The notes beneath the pieces were generated by a model, which saw nothing but the letters and a program-made list of their open reading frames with translations, had not been told where the DNA came from and searched no databases. Both the position numbers and the translations under genes were made by a program. Positions 54,310-63,298 of a stretch of DNA of 64,000 nucleotides are shown here, piece by piece. Every line of letters begins with the position of its first letter. Within the stretch, counting starts at the first letter, position 1. This DNA is from Clostridia bacterium (GTDB lineage Bacteria > Bacillota > Clostridia > Christensenellales > Borkfalkiaceae), in NCBI GenBank assembly GCA_017462985.1, contig JAFTQB010000014.1, positions 26,071-90,070 on the forward strand, given 5' to 3'.

Positions 54310-55683
54310 TTACGCAACCGCAGTAAAATGCGTATCCATACTGAAATTGATCGTCTGCGTCAATTCGTTCCCGTTCCGTTCGATCACTACCTTCACCGTA
54401 TCTCCCTTTTCTACTTTTAAAAGAATATCGGTGATATAATACATTCTGTCGATCGCGATCGCTTCCTCGTCGTTAATTTGCACGGATTTGATGATATCGC
54501 CCACCTTCAATTGAGTATACGCCGCATACCCGACCGTAGGCTCTTTGGTGATCTGCACCGTTTCTTTCACGGTGATACGCCCCGTTTCTTCAAGCACCAC
54601 CGAAGTATCTACGATAGTTACTTCGATCCCGAAAATCGCGCGCTTCACCACGCCGCCGTGCGCCGTACAGTTTTCAATCACTCCCAACACTTGATTGATG
54701 GGCAGGGCGTAGCCCATATTGTCTACGTCCTCCGCCGTACTCTTGGCGTTGGTGATCCCGATCAATCTCCCGTACGCGTCGAAAAGCGCGCCGCCCGAAT
54801 TGCCGTGATTGATCGCGGCGTCCGTACGCATTACGCGGTATCTCACTTCCCGTCCCAGCCCGTCGGTCGAGCTCATATAGATATATTCCGAATCGACGGA
54901 AAGCACGCCGTTCGTTACCGAAATGCCCGCGCCCTCGGGATTACCGATCGCAAACACCTTTTCGCCCACCGTTACCCGATCGGAATCCCCGATTTGGGCT
55001 TGCGTTGCCGCGCTTTCCTTTAAAATATCGCTGCCGCGAATTTCCAAAATCGCAATATCGTAATCCATCGAACCGCCGATAAAGTAGGCTTTCATTCCGT
55101 CGCCGCCCTCGTCCTTACCCGTATCGGTAGAGAACATTTTCAACGCCCCGTAAAGATACAGATAAATGCTTTCGGAAACGCCGTTTTCGGTGCTCGCCGC
55201 GCTGTCGTAGATTACGTGATAGTTGGTGATGACCGTCGCATTCCCGTTTTCTTTATCCAAATCGATAATCACGCCGCTTCCCGCCGCGCTGTAAATTTTT
55301 TCCTTGCTTTGCCCCATAAAGCCCTGCGTGGAAGTAGTGAACCCTGCGTAAACGCTGACGACGGACATCGTGTTTTCCGCGATCGTCGCCGTATCGTTAT
55401 TTTCGGGGAAGGTGGCTTCCAAGGAAAGATATTCGCGCAAAAATTCGTCGAAAGTGCCGCTGAAAACGCCCTCGTCCACCGCCGTTTGGTAAATTTCCAA
55501 AATATCCGCGTCCTTGCCGTTTTCACCGTCCGCGCCGTTCAGGCTTTGCAGCCATTCCGCTTCCGTGCCCTCAAACCCGCTTTCTACGGCGAGCTCGTAC
55601 GCCGATTTTCCGCACCCGCTCGCAAAACAAGCCGTTGCCGCCAAAAGCACCGCGGCGATCGATTTTAAAAATCCCTTTTTCAT
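54310..55683 (-). CDS. HtrA/DegP-like trypsin-family serine protease lipoprotein with a C-terminal PDZ-like domain
   Basis: Lipobox LAATACFASGC, TNYHV (His), DYDIAIL (Asp), GNSGGALFD (Ser). Confidence 0.85.
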   Translation of the reverse strand: MKKGFLKSIAAVLLAATACFASGCGKSAYELAVESGFEGTEAEWLQSLNGADGENGKDADILEIYQTAVDEGVFSGTFDEFLREYLSLEATFPENNDTATIAENTMSVVSVYAGFTTSTQGFMGQSKEKIYSAAGSGVIIDLDKENGNATVITNYHVIYDSAASTENGVSESIYLYLYGALKMFSTDTGKDEGGDGMKAYFIGGSMDYDIAILEIRGSDILKESAATQAQIGDSDRVTVGEKVFAIGNPEGAGISVTNGVLSVDSEYIYMSSTDGLGREVRYRVMRTDAAINHGNSGGALFDAYGRLIGITNAKSTAEDVDNMGYALPINQVLGVIENCTAHGGVVKRAIFGIEVTIVDTSVVLEETGRITVKETVQITKEPTVGYAAYTQLKVGDIIKSVQINDEEAIAIDRMYYITDILLKVEKGDTVKVVIERNGNELTQTINFSMDTHFTAVA

Positions 55684-55768
55684 AGACGATTTTCCTTATA
55701 ACTTTATCCTTTCTTTCTATTTTACGAAAATTCTTTGTTTATTATTTTATCAAAATGTGAAAACTGCG

Positions 55769-56353
55769 TTAAATTCCTTCCAATTCGTCGAGCGTGAGCG
55801 AAAAAGACGGAATAAAATATTCGAAAAAATATTCCACTTCGGGCATATTGCGCGCGTGCAATTCTTCTTCGATGCTCTTTTTCGCCTTGGCAAATTCGCC
55901 GTTGCCGCCGCGAAGCTCTTCCAAGCATTTGATATACGCCGAAAGTTTATCCGCCGCTTTGACGATCTTATATTCCTCGCTCTCTTCGTCCGCAAGGATA
56001 TACGGCGCGATCTCCTCTTTCATTTCCTCAGGCAGCATATTCGTCATTTTTTCCGCCGCACTGCGTTCCAATTGCTTATACGCGCCGTGCAAACTGCGGT
56101 TATAGTATTTGATCGGCGTGGGAAGATCGCCCGTCATCACCTCGCTCGTTTCGTGGTACATCGCGTACAGAACCGTTTTTTCCACGCTGACGCTCCCCCC
56201 GAACACCTTGTTTTTAATGACGGCGAGCGCGTGCGCGAGCATAGCGACGCCTTGGGAATGTTCCATGATATTTTCTTCACGCTGACTGCGCATGAGTTGC
56301 CAACGCTTGATATATTTCATTCTGTCCATGTACGCGTAAAAATCGTGCCGCAT
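55769..56353 (-). CDS. yfbR: 5'-deoxynucleotidase YfbR-like HD-domain phosphohydrolase
   Basis: RWQLMRSQREENIMEHSQGVAMLAHALA...YHETSEVMTGDLPTPIKY...CLEEL aligns closely with E. coli YfbR from memory. I moved the start to the ATG at 56353, because the longer ORF would overlap the thiT promoter. Confidence 0.88.
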   Translation of the reverse strand: MRHDFYAYMDRMKYIKRWQLMRSQREENIMEHSQGVAMLAHALAVIKNKVFGGSVSVEKTVLYAMYHETSEVMTGDLPTPIKYYNRSLHGAYKQLERSAAEKMTNMLPEEMKEEIAPYILADEESEEYKIVKAADKLSAYIKCLEELRGGNGEFAKAKKSIEEELHARNMPEVEYFFEYFIPSFSLTLDELEGI

Positions 56354-56391
56354 ATTTTTATCCCCTTTTTTCCATTTTTTCATTCTTTTTC

Positions 56392-56420
56392 TTGACAAAC
56401 GCTTTTTTGCGTTGTATAAT
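56392..56420 (+). promoter_or_regulatory. Consensus promoter of the riboswitch-thiT unit
   Basis: TTGACA (56392-56397), a 17-nt spacer, then TATAAT (56415-56420). Confidence 0.7.
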
Positions 56421-56439
56421 AAAACTACTAAAAATTACA

Positions 56440-56580
56440 TATTCCGTCGTGGGTGCCCCTCGGGGCTGAGATCATACCATTTGAATCGGCAAGGTAATAC
56501 TTGAGCGAAAGACAAAAGATAAATTCCGCATACGCTTTTGCGGAAAATTGCGCCCACTTTTTTAAGGTGGGTTTTATTTT
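56440..56580 (+). promoter_or_regulatory. TPP (THI-box) riboswitch with a terminator expression platform
   Basis: GGGTGCCCCTCGGGGCTGAGATCATACCATTTGAATCGGCAAGGTAATACTTGAGCGAAAGAC carries the GGGUGC, CUGAGA, UAAUAC and AGCG.A.G.A hallmarks. It is followed by the hairpin TTCCGCA/TGCGGAA and the terminator CCCAC-N9-GTGGGTTTTATTTT. The downstream gene is thiT. Confidence 0.75.
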
Positions 56581-56610
56581 ATCCAAAACGGCGGAAAAGG
56601 AGGTACTTTT

Positions 56611-57711
56611 ATGTTTCTTTATTCCTTATTGGATAGCGTAAAGTGGTATCCGATCCTATTCGATACCCCCCTCAACGCCGTCCGTTCCGTCGCCATTTGG
56701 CTTACGCTCGTGCTATTGATCGCGTACACGGTATGCCTGTTACTGGTGAAAGGCGAATTTCGATCGCGCTTTTTGAAAACGTCGGCGTTTGCCGCCGTCG
56801 GATACGCGGGCGTGCTCGGCGTTACGTTTTTGATCCTTTCGTTTTTGGAAGACGGGATTGAGCCGATCTTGTTTTATCCCATTTTAGTATTGCTCGCCGC
56901 GATCGCCGCAAGCGCCGTTGCGCTTTGCTTCAAGCGAAATAAGCTCGTTTTCATCGTGGCGGGCGTAGCAACGGGCTGCGCGGCTGTGATCACCCTCATT
57001 TGTATGGGCGTGCATTTCGGTTCGGGCGTAGCCGCAGAAAAAAATTGGCTGACGAACGAGGACGTGAATACGGTCGGCTTATACATTGCCTGCGCGATCG
57101 TAATCGCCTCGCTCATTCTTCTTTGCGTATTCTCCAAAAAGGGAACGGGATTTGATACGAAATCTATTTCTTACGCCGCGATCTGTATCGCGATGAGCTT
57201 TGCGCTCTCCTATATGCGGATCGTAAGGATGCCGCAAGGCGGTTCGATTACGCCCGCTTCTATGCTTCCCCTGATGTTGTACGCATATATGTTCGGCACG
57301 CGCAAGGGTGTTTTTACAGGGCTGATCTACGGATTGCTGCAAGCGTTCCAATCCCCCGACATTTTGCACCCCGCGCAATTTTTGCTCGATTATCCTTTGG
57401 CATTCGCTTGTATCGGGCTCGCAGGACTTTTCGCGCAAACGCGCTCTTTGCAAAAATTGCCGCAAGTGCAATTCTCGATCGGCGCGATCATCGCGGGGCT
57501 CGGAAGATTTATAATGCACTTCCTTTCGGGCGTGTTCGCTTTCGGCGCGTTCGCCCCCAAAGATACGAACGTCGTGTGGTACAGCCTCACCTATCAAGCC
57601 GCTTACGTGCTCCCCGATCTGGCGATCGCGATCGTCGTCGGGATCTTATTGCTTTCCTCGAAAAGCATCGTGAAAACGTGCAGAAAATTCCACACGCTCG
57701 AACAAAATTAA
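56611..57711 (+). CDS. thiT: Thiamine ECF-transporter S-component ThiT fused to an extra N-terminal multi-TM domain of about 180 aa
   Basis: The C-terminal half (TRKGVFTGLIYGLLQAF..ILHPAQFLLDYPLAFACIGLAGLF..IMHFLSGVFAF) parallels L. lactis ThiT from memory. The N-terminal half has 5 additional hydrophobic segments. Confidence 0.8.
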   Translation: MFLYSLLDSVKWYPILFDTPLNAVRSVAIWLTLVLLIAYTVCLLLVKGEFRSRFLKTSAFAAVGYAGVLGVTFLILSFLEDGIEPILFYPILVLLAAIAASAVALCFKRNKLVFIVAGVATGCAAVITLICMGVHFGSGVAAEKNWLTNEDVNTVGLYIACAIVIASLILLCVFSKKGTGFDTKSISYAAICIAMSFALSYMRIVRMPQGGSITPASMLPLMLYAYMFGTRKGVFTGLIYGLLQAFQSPDILHPAQFLLDYPLAFACIGLAGLFAQTRSLQKLPQVQFSIGAIIAGLGRFIMHFLSGVFAFGAFAPKDTNVVWYSLTYQAAYVLPDLAIAIVVGILLLSSKSIVKTCRKFHTLEQN

Positions 57712-57722
57712 CCGATCGGTTG

Positions 57723-57757
57723 CGCGCGCTTTCGCTTTATGCGGAAGCGCGTTTTTT
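57723..57757 (+). terminator. Intrinsic terminator after thiT
   Basis: CGCGCTTTCGC-tttat-GCGGAAGCGCG followed by TTTTTT. It overlaps the rimM stop codon. Confidence 0.65.
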
Positions 57758-58256
57758 ATATCACGGCGATCTCGTCGAATTTTTTTCGATCGACGATCAG
57801 CTTTCCGCCCGCAATATCCACCTTTACGATCACGCCGTTCACGGCGGGGAACAAAATTTTCTTACCGTCCTTTTCAATCGTATAGATATCCGAAGAAAGA
57901 TTGGAAATATCCGTAACCGTACCCAAAAATTCGCCCGTATCGCTCTCGCAAGCAAGCCCGATGATATCCACGATATAATACTGCCCCTCCTCCAAGGCGG
58001 GCGCGTCCTCGCGAAGCCCTTCTATCTTTTTGCCACGGAAAAGTTCGGCGGCGTTGCGGTCGGGGATCCCCCGAAGCCCTACGTACGCCGCGCCGTTGCC
58101 GTCTACGCGAAAGGATAAAATTTTATACGGCTTACCGTCGATATACACCGTCCCGAACGCCTTTACCGCTTCGGGAAAATCGGTATAGGTTTTAATTTTC
58201 AGCTCGCCGCGGATTCCCTGCGGCTTTAATACTTCACCGATGATCAGTCTTTCCAT
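57756..58256 (-). CDS. rimM: Ribosome maturation factor RimM
   Basis: IGEVLKPQGIRGELKIKTYTDFPE... plus a PRC-barrel C-terminus. It sits downstream of rpsP and the KH gene. Confidence 0.92.
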   Translation of the reverse strand: MERLIIGEVLKPQGIRGELKIKTYTDFPEAVKAFGTVYIDGKPYKILSFRVDGNGAAYVGLRGIPDRNAAELFRGKKIEGLREDAPALEEGQYYIVDIIGLACESDTGEFLGTVTDISNLSSDIYTIEKDGKKILFPAVNGVIVKVDIAGGKLIVDRKKFDEIAVI

Positions 58257-58324
58257 AACACTCCAATATCGCGAAAAGGCTCTCTTTTCAGAAAGCCTTT
58301 TTCGTTTTCGCGGCGATCGCGCCG

Positions 58325-58606
58325 TTATTCGGCTTCCGCTTCCGTTTCGTCGCCAAGGTCGACGGTTTCGCCGCCCTTTTCGCGAATTTCCACCACGTAT
58401 CTCTTGCTATTTCTCGGCGTAGCTGCGCGCACGATCGTACGCATCGCTTTCGCAATCTTGCCTTGCTTGCCGATGACTTTGCCCATATCGGAAGAGGGCA
58501 ACGTGATAACAACTTCGATAACGCGTTCCTTTTCCGTTACCTCGTATTCCACGTTTTCCTTATCTTCCGCAAATTGATTGACGATATACTTAATCAAATC
58601 CAACAT
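58325..58606 (-). CDS. KH-domain RNA-binding protein (YlqC/UPF0109)
   Basis: LPSSDMGKVIGKQGKIAKAMRTIV (GxxG KH motif). It lies between rpsP and rimM. Confidence 0.88.
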   Translation of the reverse strand: MLDLIKYIVNQFAEDKENVEYEVTEKERVIEVVITLPSSDMGKVIGKQGKIAKAMRTIVRAATPRNSKRYVVEIREKGGETVDLGDETEAEAE

Positions 58607-58660
58607 AATATTTCTCCAAAAATATTTTTCCTAAAAGAGCTTGCTCTTTTTTTAAAAATA

Positions 58661-58954
58661 TTATTTGTCGGATTTTTTGCCTTTCGTCTTAGAAGGGCTG
58701 AGCTTCGCGGGTTTTTCCATCGCGCCCGTCTTTACAAGCAAGTTTCTAACCGTTTCCGTGGGCTGAGCGCCTTTCGCAAGCCATTCTTTCGCAAGCTCTA
58801 CGTTTACGTCAAGCTCAACGGGATCGCAGGTGGGTCTGTAATGACCGATGCAATCGATGTACTCGCCGCTCATAGCCTTTCTGCTGTCTGCTACGACGAT
58901 ACGGTAGATAGGGTTCTTCTTGTCGCCCATTCTGAAAAGTCTCATTTTAACCAT
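58661..58954 (-). CDS. rpsP: 30S ribosomal protein S16
   Basis: MVKMRLFRMGDKKNPIYRIVVADSRKAMSGEYIDCIGHYRP. I moved the start to the ATG at 58954, which follows GGAGG. Confidence 0.95.
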   Translation of the reverse strand: MVKMRLFRMGDKKNPIYRIVVADSRKAMSGEYIDCIGHYRPTCDPVELDVNVELAKEWLAKGAQPTETVRNLLVKTGAMEKPAKLSPSKTKGKKSDK

Positions 58955-59034
58955 AATAAATACCTCCAAAGTATATATAAAAATTTTTTTGTTTTCTAAT
59001 TTTATCGTTGCCGTGCCTTTACGCAACCGCACCG

Positions 59035-60360
59035 TTAAAAGGGCATACGGAACTTTCCTTTATTCCCTTTAAGCTGCTTCATCAGCATTTTCATCTGCTC
59101 GAATTGCTTCAAAAGCTGATTGACCTCTTGCACACTCGTGCCCGAACCCGCCGCAATACGGCGTTTACGCTTGCTGTCGATGATCGACGGATTTTCGCGC
59201 TCTTGCATCGTCATCGAAAGGATAATGGCTTTGGTATGCTCCATTTTTCTTTCGTCGATGTCCCCTTCGTTCACTTTCAGCTTGCCCGCGCCGGGAAGCA
59301 TGGAAAGCATCGCTTGCGCGCCGCCCATTTTCTTCATCATGGCGAACTGTTCCAGATAATCGTTCAAGGTGAAAGAATTTTCTTTCATCCTTTGCTGCAT
59401 TTTTTTGGCTTCTTCTTCCGTGATCGCCTCTTGCGCCTTTTCAATGAGCGAAAGCACGTCGCCCATGCCCAAAATTCTCGAAGCCATACGGTCGGGATAG
59501 AACGGTTCCAAATCGCCCAGTTTTTCGCCCACGCCGATAAACTTGATCGGCTTGCCCGTTACCGCCTTGATGGAAAGGCACGCGCCGCCGCGCGTATCGC
59601 CGTCCAGCTTCGTCAAGATCACGCCCGTGATCTCCAAACGCTCGTTAAAGGTCTGCGCCACGTTCACCGCTTCCTGACCCGTCATCGCGTCCACGACCAA
59701 CAGCGTTTCGGTTACTTCCACTTCTTTTTTAATATTTTCCAGCTCTTTCATCAACGCGTCGTCGATTTGCAACCGACCCGCCGTATCCAAAATTACCGTA
59801 TCATATCCTTGCGAGCGCGCGTATTCGATCGCTTGCTTCGCCGTTTTCACGGGATTTTGCGTACCCTTTTCAAATACTTCCGTCTGCGCGTTTTTGCCTA
59901 CGACCTGCAACTGCGTGATCGCCGCGGGGCGGTAGATATCGCCCGCCACCAAAAGCGGTTTTTTGCCCTGCTTTTTCAGGTTGAACGCCAATTTTCCGCA
60001 AAGCGTCGTTTTGCCCGCGCCTTGCAAACCGCACATCATAATCACGGTGGGAAGCTTGGAAGATACTTCGATTTTCGCGTTCTTGCTGCCCATCAGCGCA
60101 ATCAGCTCTTCGTTGACGATCTTGATCACCTGTTGCGCGGGATTGAGCGAGGACAAAATTTCCTGCCCCACCGCCTTTTCGGAAACTTCCGCAATAAACT
60201 GCTTGGCTACCTTTAAATTTACGTCGGCTTCCAACAGCGCCACGCGAACCTCGCGCATCGCCGTGCGAATTTCAAGCTCCGTCAGCCTGCCGCGCTTGGT
60301 GAGCTTGGAAAATATATGATTTAATCTTTCGGATAACGATCCAAATAACGCCATACTCAC
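59035..60360 (-). CDS. ffh: Signal recognition particle protein Ffh
   Basis: N/G domains (GLQGAGKTT, DTAGR, TKLDG) and a Met-rich M domain. Confidence 0.97.
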   Translation of the reverse strand: MSMALFGSLSERLNHIFSKLTKRGRLTELEIRTAMREVRVALLEADVNLKVAKQFIAEVSEKAVGQEILSSLNPAQQVIKIVNEELIALMGSKNAKIEVSSKLPTVIMMCGLQGAGKTTLCGKLAFNLKKQGKKPLLVAGDIYRPAAITQLQVVGKNAQTEVFEKGTQNPVKTAKQAIEYARSQGYDTVILDTAGRLQIDDALMKELENIKKEVEVTETLLVVDAMTGQEAVNVAQTFNERLEITGVILTKLDGDTRGGACLSIKAVTGKPIKFIGVGEKLGDLEPFYPDRMASRILGMGDVLSLIEKAQEAITEEEAKKMQQRMKENSFTLNDYLEQFAMMKKMGGAQAMLSMLPGAGKLKVNEGDIDERKMEHTKAIILSMTMQERENPSIIDSKRKRRIAAGSGTSVQEVNQLLKQFEQMKMLMKQLKGNKGKFRMPF

Positions 60361-60740
60361 TCCTTAACGATCTCCGAGCCGAACTCTTCGTGCACGCCGT
60401 CGAGCTTTTTCTGCAATTCGTCCAATTCGCCCGTCAGCTCGGGATGCGCAGCTTTCGTCCGCTCCGTCCAGCGCACGACTTCCGTCATATACGCCGAATA
60501 TTCCCGCGAACTCTCTTTCAGCATTTTATCAAATCCCAACTTTTCGTCGTACGCTTCCAACTGTTTGCGGCATTTTTGCAAGCAATCGGATACGCTTTGG
60601 CGGGAAACGCCCTTTTGTTCGGCGATCTCCCCCAAGGAAAGATCGTAATTGAAATACAGGTCGGTGATCTCCCGTTGCGTCGCCGTCAAAAGCGGCGAAT
60701 ACAGATCCCAAAGCCGAAGAAAATGCAGATCGTCTTTCAT
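60357..60740 (-). CDS. ylxM: YlxM/UPF0122 putative DNA-binding protein
   Basis: YSPLLTATQREITDLYFNYDLSLGEIAEQKGVSRQSVSDCLQK is a sigma-70 region-4-like HTH. It overlaps the ffh start. I moved the start to the ATG at 60740. Confidence 0.88.
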   Translation of the reverse strand: MKDDLHFLRLWDLYSPLLTATQREITDLYFNYDLSLGEIAEQKGVSRQSVSDCLQKCRKQLEAYDEKLGFDKMLKESSREYSAYMTEVVRWTERTKAAHPELTGELDELQKKLDGVHEEFGSEIVKE

Positions 60741-60828
60741 TTTTTCAGCCCTCCCCCGTTTTCCATTGCCTATTATAACTGAAAAAACAATGCCTGTCAA
60801 GCATTTTTACTTGACAGGCGTAAATTTT

Positions 60829-62061
60829 TTAGAAAAGTTTTAATAAATCGACCAAGATTGCAAATCCCAAAAGCGCGACGATCCCGACGAAATGAATGAT
60901 CGTTTCCACTTTTCGGTTGACGGGCTTTTTGCGGATCCATTCGATGATACAAAAGATCACCTTGCAACCGTCTAGCGCGGGCACGGGCAAAAGATTGAAC
61001 ACCGCCAAATTCACCCCGATAAAGGACGCGATATACAAAAACGAGAACGGGCTTGCCGTAGCCGCTTGCGCCGTCATGGTGATCGTCGATACTGGTCCGC
61101 CCACGGCTTCCATACCGATCCCGCCCGTCAGCAGCTCGCCCAAGGTGCGGAGCACGGAAGTTGCCATTTCGCCCGAATAGGCGAACGCGCCGCCGATCGT
61201 ATGCCAAAAATCACGGCGCATCGTCGTCGTCCAAACGCTGATCCCCGCCACCGTTTTGATCTTTTCCACGTCGGCAATATCTTCAAACTCGCCGTCGGCA
61301 AGGAGCGTTAAAGTAACCTCTTTTTCCTGCCAACCCTTTTCCTCGCCCGCATAGCGAAGAACGGTGGCGCTCACCGTTTCCCCCGCCGATTTGCCTTTTA
61401 AAGCGTCGATACAGTCGGTGATCATCGCGATCTCCACGCCGTCAATTTCCAAAAGCACGTCGCGCGCGGAAAGCGCGGGTTCGTCCCACGCCGCGTGCGG
61501 CACGCTTTGCGCTTGATCGTTGGTATAATTCGCGGGCATAGCGATGCACATGGGTACGCCGTAGGTTGCCGTCATAATGATAAGGAGCACCAAAGCGAGC
61601 AAATAATTCATGATCGCGCCGCTCACGAGCACGATGATCCGCTTCCAAGGCGGTTGATCGGTAAATTTCGCGCCTTTCGGTTCGGGATATTCGTCCGTTT
61701 TCGATTCCGTTTGCGGCTCGCTCACCTCGTACACGGCGGCTTCGTTTTGCGTTTCCTCAAACGGCTCTGCTTGCGGCGGCGTTTGCCCCTCTTCCTCGAA
61801 ATCCTCGCCGTCGAACGCGCAATAGCCGCCCAAAGGAATGATACGAAGCGCGAACAGTTCCCCCGTCCGCTTACTGCGTTTTTTCAAAATGGCGGGTCCG
61901 AATCCGACGGAAAATTCGGTGATCTTAAAACCGAGAATTTTCCCCGCAAGATAATGCCCGAATTCGTGAATGGTAACCATTGCGAGCAGGATCACGATCG
62001 CAAGCGCAATCCCGCCGATCGTTTCCCACACCTCAGCCGCCGTCGCCAATAAATTCATCAA
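60829..62061 (-). CDS. rseP: RIP site-2 metalloprotease RseP/RasP
   Basis: HEFGHY zinc motif, a PDZ insert and the C-terminal NLLPVPALDG motif. Confidence 0.93.
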   Translation of the reverse strand: MMNLLATAAEVWETIGGIALAIVILLAMVTIHEFGHYLAGKILGFKITEFSVGFGPAILKKRSKRTGELFALRIIPLGGYCAFDGEDFEEEGQTPPQAEPFEETQNEAAVYEVSEPQTESKTDEYPEPKGAKFTDQPPWKRIIVLVSGAIMNYLLALVLLIIMTATYGVPMCIAMPANYTNDQAQSVPHAAWDEPALSARDVLLEIDGVEIAMITDCIDALKGKSAGETVSATVLRYAGEEKGWQEKEVTLTLLADGEFEDIADVEKIKTVAGISVWTTTMRRDFWHTIGGAFAYSGEMATSVLRTLGELLTGGIGMEAVGGPVSTITMTAQAATASPFSFLYIASFIGVNLAVFNLLPVPALDGCKVIFCIIEWIRKKPVNRKVETIIHFVGIVALLGFAILVDLLKLF

Positions 62062-62082
62062 AAGCGTTCCCTCACTTAACCT

Positions 62083-63237
62083 TTATTTTCCGTAATTTTT
62101 CGCAATATATTCATGCGCATACGCCCGCGCCGCGCCGTCCGTTTGCACGAGCGCGGAATAATCCGCCACCCATTCCCGCTGCGTTTTTTCAAGCGCGTAT
62201 TCGATCGATTTGGGAATGGCAAGGAAAGGAATTTCCTCGCGCAAGAACGCGTGCACCGCCACTTCGCCGCTCCCGTTGAGCGCACAGGGATAGTTATCCC
62301 CCGCTTCCGCCGCCGAAAGCGCCAAATCGTAGCACGGAAACGCTTCCCGTTTCAACGGCTTAAAATGTAACGCGGCAAGCGCTTCGAAATCGAGCGGCTT
62401 TAACGCGCAATCCAAACGTTGAGGATAGGTGAGCGCAAGCTGAATGGGCAATTCCATCGTCGGATAGCTCATCTGCGCCATCACGCCGCAATCTTCAAAT
62501 TCCACCATCGAATGGATAATGCTTTCGGGATGCACCACCGTGTGTATTTTTTCAAGCGGACAATCGTACAGCCACTTCGCCTCGATCACCTCTAAGCCCT
62601 TATTGAGCAAGGTCGCGCTGTCGATCGTGATCTTCGCGCCCATCTGCCAAGTGGGGTGTTTGAGCGCAACGGCGGGCGTAACGCTTTTCAGCGTCTTTTC
62701 GTCCGCGCCGTAAAACGGGCCTCCGCTCGCCGTGATGATCAGCCGCCGAAAAGGCGTTTGCGGACGGAAGGAAAGCGCCTGCCAAAGCGCGGAATGCTCG
62801 CTATCCACGGGCATTAGATCGATACCTGCCCCCTTGATCTTGTTCATCACTAGCTCGCCGCCGCAAACGAGCGTTTCCTTATTCGCAAGCGCGATCGGCT
62901 TTTTATCCTCTATGGCTTGCAGGGAATATTCCAGCCCAGCAAAGCCTGCCGCCGCGATAAACGCAACGTCGCCGTAAGCAATCGCGGCAAGCGCCGCTTG
63001 CTTACCGTAAGAAAACCGTACGCCTTGGGGAATATTTCCCGCAACGCGCTTGCCCGCCTCCTCGTTTACGAGCGCGGCAAACGCAGGTTGAAATTCTTCC
63101 ACTTGCTTTAAAAACAGTTCCTCGCTGCCGTTCGCCACGAGCGCGACGATCTTAAATTTGTCGCTATGACGGCGCACGACGGAAAGCACTTGCCGTCCGA
63201 TCGAACCCGTCGAGCCTATCAACGCTATCGTTTTCAT
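62083..63237 (-). CDS. dxr: 1-deoxy-D-xylulose-5-phosphate reductoisomerase
   Basis: MKTIALIGSTGSIGRQ, LANKE, PVDSEHSA. I moved the start to the ATG at 63237. Confidence 0.95.
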   Translation of the reverse strand: MKTIALIGSTGSIGRQVLSVVRRHSDKFKIVALVANGSEELFLKQVEEFQPAFAALVNEEAGKRVAGNIPQGVRFSYGKQAALAAIAYGDVAFIAAAGFAGLEYSLQAIEDKKPIALANKETLVCGGELVMNKIKGAGIDLMPVDSEHSALWQALSFRPQTPFRRLIITASGGPFYGADEKTLKSVTPAVALKHPTWQMGAKITIDSATLLNKGLEVIEAKWLYDCPLEKIHTVVHPESIIHSMVEFEDCGVMAQMSYPTMELPIQLALTYPQRLDCALKPLDFEALAALHFKPLKREAFPCYDLALSAAEAGDNYPCALNGSGEVAVHAFLREEIPFLAIPKSIEYALEKTQREWVADYSALVQTDGAARAYAHEYIAKNYGK

Positions 63238-63298
63238 AAAACCGTCCTTGATAAAAAATACCCACCGCAATTCGGCAGGTATTTTTCTTTCGTAAAAA

